The notes beneath the pieces are model-generated. The model was given only the letters and a program-made list of their open reading frames with translations. It did no database searches and was not told the DNA's origin. The position numbers were made by a program, and so were the translations under genes. 64,000 nucleotides of DNA from Nitrososphaeraceae archaeon (GTDB lineage Archaea > Thermoproteota > Nitrososphaeria > Nitrososphaerales > Nitrososphaeraceae): positions 2,137 through 66,136 of the forward strand of contig DASVFI010000070.1 in the NCBI GenBank assembly GCA_036380115.1, in the 5' to 3' direction. This document shows, piece by piece, positions 56,342 through 64,000 of the stretch. Each line of letters starts with the position of its first letter. Positions within the stretch are counted from its first letter, which is position 1.

Positions 56342-57298
56342 TTATAAAAGATACTTGGAAATATTAGATGAAGAATAAGATATTATTTTATCAACACCCG
56401 CTCTTTTTAGTGAATAAATTAAATTTAGAATAAAGTAAGTCTCATCTAATAATCCAATTTTAGATGCAGCTTTTATCATAGAATACTCTCCTGATACAAT
56501 TTGAACAACTATCGGAATTTTATAAAGTTTTTTTATTCTATATACAAGATCAAGGGAAGATATTGCAGGTTTAATCATAACCATATCAGCTCCCTCATAG
56601 ATATCCATTTCAATTTCTCTATGAATTTGTCTTGGATTATTATAAGATACTTGGTATGTAGATTTATCTATTTCATTAGCGCTAGTATCAAAAAAAGTTT
56701 CTGATCTAAAGGGTTTATACAAGGAAGAAGATTGTTTTGCAGAAAATGAAAGAATTTTTATTTTATTATAACCATTTTCATCGAGTATTTCTCTAATTTT
56801 TTTGACTTGTCCATCCATCATAGAAGATGGTGCAACAATATCTACTCCTGCTCTTGCATGACTCAGTGCAATCTGAGATAGTAATTCAATTGTTAGATCA
56901 TTATTAACTACTTTTTTATCCTTTTCTAATAATCCACAATGACCTGTTTTATTATATTGACATACACAAACATCAGTTATAACAGTAATTTTATTTCCAA
57001 AATTTGATTTGACCAATTGTAAAGATTTTTGTACTACTCCATTTTTGGAAAATGATGATTTTCCTCTATCATCTCTTAATCTTGGTATTCCAAAAAGAAT
57101 CAGAGAATGTATTCCATTGTCAACAATCTCATCTACTATCTGGATAATCTTATCATATGATATTTTGAAAATACCAGGCAGATAAGATAGTTCCTGAAAA
57201 TTGTTATTTTCGTCAACGAATAATGGAAATATCAAATCGTTTTTTTTCAAATTAAATTTTTTTGAAAATTCGCAATAAATATTATCAAATCTCAACAT
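56342..57298 (-). CDS. hemB: Porphobilinogen synthase (delta-aminolevulinate dehydratase)
   Basis: 318 aa with the Zn site DVCVCQYNKTGHCG, the active-site Lys context MVMIKPA, and SGEYSM. Confidence 0.9.
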   Translation of the reverse strand: MLRFDNIYCEFSKKFNLKKNDLIFPLFVDENNNFQELSYLPGIFKISYDKIIQIVDEIVDNGIHSLILFGIPRLRDDRGKSSFSKNGVVQKSLQLVKSNFGNKITVITDVCVCQYNKTGHCGLLEKDKKVVNNDLTIELLSQIALSHARAGVDIVAPSSMMDGQVKKIREILDENGYNKIKILSFSAKQSSSLYKPFRSETFFDTSANEIDKSTYQVSYNNPRQIHREIEMDIYEGADMVMIKPAISSLDLVYRIKKLYKIPIVVQIVSGEYSMIKAASKIGLLDETYFILNLIYSLKRAGVDKIISYSSSNISKYLL

Positions 57299-57347
57299 TT
57301 ACTTCTTCCAATTAACTATTGTGTATTTCATTGTTTTGCAAAATATA

Positions 57348-58019
57348 TTATCTTTTATCTATTGGATCATTATCATCACCATTATTATTATTTAACGTCC
57401 ATGGGAACCATCTTCCAATAATTTTGCCCCAATCAATTCTAAGATATAAGAATATAATTAAAATTAATATGCTAATACTAACTCCAACACCTATATACAG
57501 ATATATTGGATCAGTATTCTCTGAAGTCAATACGTCCACTACAGGTCTTCCTAAAAACACACTACCAAATACAATAAATTCATTTAGAATGAATTTCCCA
57601 CTAAATGTAGCTATAGCAAATTTGGCTGGATTATATTTTGCTAATCCAAGAGGAATATACACCAGATCATCTGGAATAGGAGTCAACGCCGCAGCAAATG
57701 CACCAGGCCATCCATATTTTGATAGCAGTCTTTGAAGAGGAAGCATTCTTTTTTTTGTTTTTGAACTTAAGATATTTCTTCCATAATAGCTAACATAAAA
57801 AATTATTAACTTTGCTATTACTGCCCCCAATGCACTTGAAAGAGATACTAAATGAGGATCAAGGTTTTGGTTAATTCCTGCTGTAAATAAAACAGGAAAA
57901 TAAGGAACAGGAATAAAGAGGATTATGCTAGCAAAAAATGTAATGATTAAGATTCCAATATATCCATACTCTTCATATCCAAAGTCAAAAAAAGAGAGTA
58001 TTTCATTAATTCCATCCAA
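57348..58019 (-). CDS. DedA/VTT (SNARE-associated) family membrane protein
   Basis: 223 aa with multiple TM helices. The region WPGAFAAALTPIPDDLVYIPLGLAKYN resembles the DedA re-entrant motif. Confidence 0.7.
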   Translation of the reverse strand: MDGINEILSFFDFGYEEYGYIGILIITFFASIILFIPVPYFPVLFTAGINQNLDPHLVSLSSALGAVIAKLIIFYVSYYGRNILSSKTKKRMLPLQRLLSKYGWPGAFAAALTPIPDDLVYIPLGLAKYNPAKFAIATFSGKFILNEFIVFGSVFLGRPVVDVLTSENTDPIYLYIGVGVSISILILIIFLYLRIDWGKIIGRWFPWTLNNNNGDDNDPIDKR

Positions 58020-58142
58020 ATATTGACCCTCCTATTTGATTATTTTTTGTGTTATTTAAGTCAATAATTTCAATTTAAAATAACTAGGTGTAAGTACTCA
58101 TTTTTCGATGGTTATAAACAGCGCATCTTACAAGCAGAAGGA

Positions 58143-59591
58143 TTAATACGCTTTAGCAAAGATAACAGTTTTTTTAGAATGTGCATTGCAAAATATACAT
58201 TTATTTTCTGAATCTGATTTATCAAATGGAATAAGCCTAATATCTGCACCTGTATCATTTTTTATGCTATTTTCACATTCTTCTTTTTCACACCAATCTG
58301 CAAGAATAAATCCACCTTTTTCCTTTAAGATTATCTTCATTTCTTCATAGTTAGAAGTTTTTATGATATTATTATCTTGTAATTCTTTAGCTTTATCAAA
58401 TAGCAAATTTTGAATTTGGTCAAGATAGAAGTAAACACGTTCAGAACAATCTTCTCTATTAATTGATATTTTTTCGCCTGTATCTCTTCTTACAATTTCT
58501 AGATTTTTATTTTTTATGTCTCTTATTCCAATATTAATTCTCAATGGAACTCCTTTAATTTCCCAATCGTTAAACTTCCAGCCTGCAGTATATTCTTCCC
58601 TATCATCAAGAATAACCCTAAATTCCCTTTTCTTCAGTTCAGTCAATAATTTTTTTGATTCTTCGATAACTACATCTCGTTCTTTGTTCTTAAAAATTGG
58701 GACTATTACTAATTGAATAGGAGCAATTTTAGGTGGTAAGATTAATCCTTTATTATCTCCATGCATCATAATTAATGCTCCTATTAGTCTCCATGATAGT
58801 CCCCATGAAGTCTGCCACCCAAAATATTGTTTTGAATCGCGACCTAGAAAACGGATTTCAAAAGGTTTTGAAAAATTTTGCCCCAAATTGTGAGAGGTAG
58901 CCATTTGTAATGCTTTTCCATCAGGCATCATAGATTCGAGGGTGGTTGTGTATAATGCTCCAACAAATTTTTCTTTTTCTGTTTTTATTCCTTTAATAGT
59001 TGGAATAGCCAGGAAATTTTCTATAATACATTTATAGTAGTCCAAGATTAAGAATACTTCTTCTTCAGCTCCTTTACTGTTTTCATGTACAGTATGACCT
59101 TCCTGCCAAAGAAACTCCGAGTTTCTTATGAAAGGTTTAGTAGCTTTGATTTCTGCTCTTAATGCGGAATTCCAAAAATTAATTTTTAATGGAAGATCTC
59201 TATAACTCATTATCCATTTTGAAAAAATTTGATAAGCAAGAGTTTCGGAGGTAGGCCGTACTGCTAATTTATCTGATAAATCATTGTTTCCTGCTTTGGT
59301 GACCCAAAAAACTTCAGGAGTAAATCCTTTAAAATGTTCCTTTTCTTTTGATAAAAGACTTTCTGGAATAAGGATAGGAAGAAATCCATTCTGATGGCCA
59401 GATTCTTGTAATTTTCTATCTAAAGATTCTTTTATTATTTCCCAAATTCTATATCCATATGGTTTAAGTATAATAAAACCCTTCACCGGAGAATAATCTA
59501 TTAGTCCTGCTTTGGTCACCACTTGAGTATACCATTCACTAAAGTCAACTTCTTTTTTAGTTGTTATTCCTATTTCTTTTAATTCCGACAA
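58143..59591 (-). CDS. proS: Prolyl-tRNA synthetase (archaeal/eukaryotic type)
   Basis: 482 aa with class II motifs (LAVRPTSET, FRAE-like ALRAEIKATKPFIRNSEFLWQEGHT) and a C-terminal Zn-binding domain (C..C...CIFC). Confidence 0.9.
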   Translation of the reverse strand: MSELKEIGITTKKEVDFSEWYTQVVTKAGLIDYSPVKGFIILKPYGYRIWEIIKESLDRKLQESGHQNGFLPILIPESLLSKEKEHFKGFTPEVFWVTKAGNNDLSDKLAVRPTSETLAYQIFSKWIMSYRDLPLKINFWNSALRAEIKATKPFIRNSEFLWQEGHTVHENSKGAEEEVFLILDYYKCIIENFLAIPTIKGIKTEKEKFVGALYTTTLESMMPDGKALQMATSHNLGQNFSKPFEIRFLGRDSKQYFGWQTSWGLSWRLIGALIMMHGDNKGLILPPKIAPIQLVIVPIFKNKERDVVIEESKKLLTELKKREFRVILDDREEYTAGWKFNDWEIKGVPLRINIGIRDIKNKNLEIVRRDTGEKISINREDCSERVYFYLDQIQNLLFDKAKELQDNNIIKTSNYEEMKIILKEKGGFILADWCEKEECENSIKNDTGADIRLIPFDKSDSENKCIFCNAHSKKTVIFAKAY

Positions 59592-59617
59592 AAAAATCCC
59601 TTAATTTGATTAAACGA

Positions 59618-59950
59618 TTATAATGGTTCACCACGACAATATACTTTTCCAGATATTCTACTATGAAAATTCTTGCACACATAACAGGGGACAAAAGAGA
59701 TTTCTTTTTCTAAAACAGGACAATCAACAGACTCCATTTTCATCCTTTTGAGCATCTTAGGACTAACGCCTTTTAATTTCAATTTTCCTTTGTCATCCAT
59801 CATTCCAATACTTTTTAATTCATTTTTTATATCTTCACTAAGCCTGATGGCTTTATCTGTTAATTTCACTGGAACAACATATTTTGTATTAATAGTGGTA
59901 TCAGTATCAGCAATAGAATTAGATTCACTCATGTATTTACTTTCTAACAT
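59618..59950 (-). CDS. Hypothetical protein with C-terminal Cys cluster
   Basis: 110 aa with C-terminal CPVLEKEISFVPCYVCKNFHSRISGKVYC. It lies 26 nt upstream of proS on the same strand. Confidence 0.5.
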   Translation of the reverse strand: MLESKYMSESNSIADTDTTINTKYVVPVKLTDKAIRLSEDIKNELKSIGMMDDKGKLKLKGVSPKMLKRMKMESVDCPVLEKEISFVPCYVCKNFHSRISGKVYCRGEPL

Positions 59951-60021
59951 AGAATATATGATGGTTCCTATAATAATTAAAAAAATTAAAATAAATTACT
60001 TTATTAGGTTATAGTAATAAG

Positions 60022-61224
60022 TTGAATGCAGAAATTTCAATTTCAATTAAAGACAATTTAATAAATGAAATTTTCGAAAGATGTCAAGACAATAAGGCGA
60101 TTTCAAAAGACGAAGCTCTATATCTTTTGGAATATAATGATATTACTCCAATTTTGAATCATTCAGCATTTTTAAAAGCTAATTTCAAAAAAGAAGTTAT
60201 TACGTATTCTAGAAAAATTTTTATAAATATAACTAATCTATGCAGAGACTTTTGTTCATATTGTACGTATAGGAAAAATCCTTTTGAGTCATCATCAATA
60301 ATGATGAAGCCAGTAGAAGTAATGAATTTAGCAAACATAGGCAAAAGATATAGATGTACAGAAGCATTGATTGTTGCAGGGGAAAAACCAGAAGACCGAT
60401 ACAAAGAGGCGAAGGAATGGTTAAAACATCTAGGATTTACTTCTTTAGTAGAATATGTAATTGACATATCAGAAAAAATTGTAAAAGAGACAGGATTATT
60501 ACCTCATTCTAACCTTGGCAATATTACAAAAGAAGAAATGAAATTACTCAAAGTCCATAATGTGAGCTTAGGCGTGATGCTAGAGTCTTCAAGTGATAGG
60601 CTGATTCAAAAAGATATGGCTCATGAGTTTGCACCAAGTAAAAATCCTAAAAATAGATTAGAAGTAATTAAAAATGCAGGAAGAATGAAAATACCTCTTA
60701 CAACTGGTCTTTTGATTGGAATTGGTGAAACTAAAGAAGAAATAATAAATGACATTTTTCTTTTAAAACAAATTAACAGTGAATTTGGACATATTCAAGA
60801 GATAATTTTACAGAATTTTCAACCAAAAATAAATACTAGAATGCAAGATTTTCCTTCGCCAACAAAAGATTATTTTCTTAAAATAGTATCTCTCGCACGA
60901 TTAATAATGCCTGATATGAATATTCAAATACCACCAAATTTATCTCCTGGATATTATAGTAGATATTTAGACGCCGGGATTAACGATTGGGGAGGAATAT
61001 CGCCAGTAACAATCGATCATGTAAATCCTGAATTTTCATGGCCAAAAATAAAAGAATTAAAAAACATAACTGAATCAAAGAATCAAAAATTAAGAGCAAG
61101 ATTACCAGTATATCCTGAATTTATACACAAAGAAGGATTTATTTCTACAGAGTTAAGAAATTATATAGAGAATTTTATTGATGTAGATAGATTAGTGAAA
61201 GAGGAATATTTAAATGAATTTTGA
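60022..61224 (+). CDS. cofG: 7,8-didemethyl-8-hydroxy-5-deazariboflavin (FO) synthase subunit CofG
   Basis: 400 aa with the radical SAM motif CRDFCSYCTY. It is paired with and overlaps cofH. TTG start. Confidence 0.9.
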   Translation: MNAEISISIKDNLINEIFERCQDNKAISKDEALYLLEYNDITPILNHSAFLKANFKKEVITYSRKIFINITNLCRDFCSYCTYRKNPFESSSIMMKPVEVMNLANIGKRYRCTEALIVAGEKPEDRYKEAKEWLKHLGFTSLVEYVIDISEKIVKETGLLPHSNLGNITKEEMKLLKVHNVSLGVMLESSSDRLIQKDMAHEFAPSKNPKNRLEVIKNAGRMKIPLTTGLLIGIGETKEEIINDIFLLKQINSEFGHIQEIILQNFQPKINTRMQDFPSPTKDYFLKIVSLARLIMPDMNIQIPPNLSPGYYSRYLDAGINDWGGISPVTIDHVNPEFSWPKIKELKNITESKNQKLRARLPVYPEFIHKEGFISTELRNYIENFIDVDRLVKEEYLNEF

Positions 61225-62458
61225 TCATATTTTAAAATACATCGATCCTATTATTTCAAGTATAATAAATAAAGTGATGGAAGGAAATAACATATCAGAA
61301 TCCGAAACACTAGAATTATTCAATACCCGTGGATTAGAATTGAATTTGATTGTTACTGTTGCAAATTATCTTTGTAAAAGAAAAAAAGGAGATCTTGTAA
61401 CATATGTAATTAATCGAAATATAAATTTCACAAATGTTTGCATTAAAAGATGTGGTTTTTGTGCTTTTAGTAGAGATTTTAGAGAAGAAGAAGGATACTA
61501 TTTACCTATTGAAGAGATTATAAGAAGAGCAAAAGAGGCAGAAAAATTAGGAGCAACGGAAATATGTATACAAGCTGGACTCCCTCCAAAAATGGATGGC
61601 TATTTATATATAGATATATGCAAAGCAATTAACAAAGAGCTTCCGAATCTCCATATCCATGCGTTTTCACCAGAAGAAATCCTATACGGTGCAAAAAGAT
61701 CTAATTGTTCTATAGAAAATTATCTACAAATGCTTAAGGAGGCAGGTTTAGGTAGTATTCCTGGGACGGCTGCAGAGATATTAGATCAGGAAATAAGGGA
61801 TACAATTTCTCCCGGAAGAATATCTGTAGAAGATTGGATAAAAGTTATTAAATATGCACATTCAATAGGAATCACTTCTACCTCCACCATTATGTATGGA
61901 CATATAGAATCTTATTTAGATATTGTCAAACACTTAGCAATTTTAAAGAATATTCAAAAAGAGACTAATGGATTTACAGAATTCGTTCCATTGAGTTTTG
62001 TTCATAGTGAGGCACCTATGTACAATAGAAACCTTATTAAAAATATCAGAAGTGGACCTACAGGTGAAGAGGTATTAAAAATGCATGCAATTGCAAGAAT
62101 TTTTCTGAATAACCACATAGAGAACATTCAAGTATCCTGGGTAAAAGAAGGTCCAAGAATGGCACAGATCTTATTAGAAGCAGGAGTAAACGATTTTGGT
62201 GGTACATTGATAAATGAAAGCATTTCAACATCTGCTGGAGCCTCTTTTGGTCAATTATTAAAACCTAAAGAAATTAGAAATTTAATTCATGGTATAGGAA
62301 AAATACCAGCCCAGAGATCGTCAAAATACAACATCATTAAAAAGTTTTCAAAAGACGATTATATGAATGAAGAATTGCTTGATCAATCAAATCCCCAAGA
62401 TTTCGGATCCTATAATGAATTAATAAAACTAGATAGTTTTAGGTTCAAAAGGATTTGA
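61214..62458 (+). CDS. cofH: FO synthase subunit CofH
   Basis: 414 aa with the radical SAM motif CIKRCGFCAF. It has an 11-nt overlap with cofG. Confidence 0.9.
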   Translation: MNFDHILKYIDPIISSIINKVMEGNNISESETLELFNTRGLELNLIVTVANYLCKRKKGDLVTYVINRNINFTNVCIKRCGFCAFSRDFREEEGYYLPIEEIIRRAKEAEKLGATEICIQAGLPPKMDGYLYIDICKAINKELPNLHIHAFSPEEILYGAKRSNCSIENYLQMLKEAGLGSIPGTAAEILDQEIRDTISPGRISVEDWIKVIKYAHSIGITSTSTIMYGHIESYLDIVKHLAILKNIQKETNGFTEFVPLSFVHSEAPMYNRNLIKNIRSGPTGEEVLKMHAIARIFLNNHIENIQVSWVKEGPRMAQILLEAGVNDFGGTLINESISTSAGASFGQLLKPKEIRNLIHGIGKIPAQRSSKYNIIKKFSKDDYMNEELLDQSNPQDFGSYNELIKLDSFRFKRI

Positions 62459-62569
62459 ATAATCAATGCTTTTATTTTTTCTTTAAGGTTTACATAATTA
62501 AATAGAAAACTATTCTTAGTGGTAAGATTTATCAATAGTAAAATACGACCATTAAATCTGTAATTATCG

Positions 62570-64000
62570 GTGTCAAATTCTGTGGAAAAGTCTTTTAAAT
62601 GGAAAACGTTAGAGCATAATGGAGTAGCTTTTCCTCCTAGTCATATTTTAAAAGGAATAAGTATCTATATTAATAATGAAAAGCTAATTCTTAATAACGA
62701 ACAAGAAGAAATAGTATATGCATGGGCAAAAAAGAAAGATACTCATTATATTAAAGATGATCTTTTCCAAAATAATTTCTTAGATGATCTAAAAAAAATA
62801 TTGCCACAAAAATTTCAAAATATAACTAACATAAATGAAATTGATTTTTCTGATGCTTTTAAATTTGTTGATAATGAAATGAAACAAAAAATAATAGAAA
62901 AAGAGAGAATTCAAAATTTAAACAAAGAAGAAAAAAAGAAGTGGTTAGATACAAAAAAACAAGAAAGAGAGAAACTTAAGAATTTCTACGGAAAGGCACG
63001 TGTAGATGGATTTGAAGTGGAAGTTGCGAACTGGCTAGTTGAACCTCCGGGGTTATTTATGGGAAGAGGACTCCATCCACTTAGAGGAAGATGGAAACCT
63101 CGAATAACACCACAAGATGTAATTTTGAATTTAGGTGAAGATGCTCCTGTTCCTGAAGGAGCATGGAAAAGTATTGTACATGATCATTCATCGACATGGC
63201 TTGCCACTTGGACAGAAAAATTAACTGACAAAAGAAAATATGTATGGTTACATGATTCAGCATTTTTAAGACAAAATACGGATAAAGAAAAATATGACAA
63301 AGCTGTGAAATTAGAAAAATTTGCATCTAAAGTTCAAAAGGAAATAATTAACAAAATGATTAACGCAAAAGATTTGAATCAACGCAAAATAGCAACTGTT
63401 TGTTATCTAATACTTAAATTAGCAATGAGAGTTGGAGATGAAAAAGACAAAGATGAAGCTGACACCGTTGGAGCTTCTACCCTCAGAGTAGAGCATATTA
63501 AATTTCCCGAAAAAGATGGAAAAAGGTACATAGAATTCAATTTTCTTGGAAAAGATAGTGTCCCATGGCAAAAAACAGTAGAAATTAATTCTATAGACAC
63601 AAAAGGATTATATGATAATCTTAAATTATTTATGAAAAACAAAAGAAACGATAGTGAAATTTTTGATAATGTAAATTCTTCAAAAGTTAATGCCTTTTTA
63701 AGAAAAATAGATCCGACGAATGTTCCAGGGTTAACTGCAAAAGTATTTCGAACTTATCTTGCTACAAAAATAGTAAAAGAAGCATTAAAAAATCCTCCAC
63801 TGGATGTTAATAAACGAGGATCAGAATCTAAAAAAATTTATGTTGCAAAAATTGCAAATTTAAAAGCAGCTATTGCCTGTAATCACAAGAAAGGAATTGA
63901 TCCTAATAATCCTGCAAGCAAAAAAGCATTAGAACGGTTTGCAGAATCAATAAGCAAAAAAGAAGAGGCTATAGAGAAAATAAGAAAGGATATACTTTCT
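62570..64000 (+). CDS. DNA topoisomerase IB, eukaryote-like (3' end beyond window)
   Basis: Not in the ORF track because there is no stop before the window end. The frame opens after TAA at 62561-62563, with GTG candidates at 62570 and 62582. Translation shows KWKTLEHNGVAFPP, LFMGRGLHPLRGRWKPR, TVGASTLRVEHI, LTAKVFRTYLAT and AIACNHK. Confidence 0.9.
   Translation, partial: MSNSVEKSFKWKTLEHNGVAFPPSHILKGISIYINNEKLILNNEQEEIVYAWAKKKDTHYIKDDLFQNNFLDDLKKILPQKFQNITNINEIDFSDAFKFVDNEMKQKIIEKERIQNLNKEEKKKWLDTKKQEREKLKNFYGKARVDGFEVEVANWLVEPPGLFMGRGLHPLRGRWKPRITPQDVILNLGEDAPVPEGAWKSIVHDHSSTWLATWTEKLTDKRKYVWLHDSAFLRQNTDKEKYDKAVKLEKFASKVQKEIINKMINAKDLNQRKIATVCYLILKLAMRVGDEKDKDEADTVGASTLRVEHIKFPEKDGKRYIEFNFLGKDSVPWQKTVEINSIDTKGLYDNLKLFMKNKRNDSEIFDNVNSSKVNAFLRKIDPTNVPGLTAKVFRTYLATKIVKEALKNPPLDVNKRGSESKKIYVAKIANLKAAIACNHKKGIDPNNPASKKALERFAESISKKEEAIEKIRKDILS

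Noticed and set aside
1-64000. Scan for CRISPR arrays, transposases or integrases, phage-like genes, toxin-antitoxin or known defence-gene signatures, rRNA genes, and GC-rich islands other than tRNAs.
   Set aside because: None was found by eye. The only GC-rich islands are the three tRNA genes. tRNA flanks show no direct repeats or integrase genes suggestive of an integrated element.

Overview
This is a visibly AT-rich archaeal chromosome segment with dense coding on both strands. Stop/start overlaps are frequent, and several ORFs appear to start with TTG or GTG. The gene content points to an ammonia-oxidising Thaumarchaeota/Nitrososphaerota genome, probably Nitrosopumilales-like; this is an inference and no search was run. 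The supporting genes are a eukaryote-type topoisomerase IB, CofG/CofH (F420 chromophore), the rpoN-eno-rps2-MEMO-mvk-ipk-fni-GGPPS block, PriS/PriL primase, Pus10, ribosomal proteins S24e/S27ae, PurP, type II GAPDH and a multi-intron tRNA. I support about 75 protein-coding genes and 3 tRNAs (Leu, Ala, and Tyr with two insertions). Two genes are truncated by the window edges and absent from the ORF track: nuoD at the start and topoisomerase IB at the end. Functional blocks are nuoABCD, isoprenoid/lipid genes, four aminoacyl-tRNA synthetases (Glu, Gly, Pro plus neighbours), primase, nucleotide and methionine salvage (apt, mtnP, mtnA-like), a nucleotide-sugar/dolichol block, trpG-trpD, SRP54/Pus10/Dph6, hemB and cofGH. 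I found no CRISPR array, transposase, integrase, phage-like gene or recognisable defence gene, so this reads as core housekeeping DNA rather than an accessory island. I cannot point to a convincing novel multi-gene system. The best second-look items are a ThiI-like THUMP protein whose PP-loop is destroyed, a tRNA-Tyr with a canonical intron plus a T-loop insertion, and a DUF59-PqqD(RRE-like) fusion. Also worth a look are a tightly spaced wHTH plus two-unknown-protein module, a B12-domain-like radical SAM gene in a lipid-gene neighbourhood, and a MEMO-family gene embedded between rps2 and the mevalonate genes. All domain calls come from motif recognition by eye and need HMM or structure searches.
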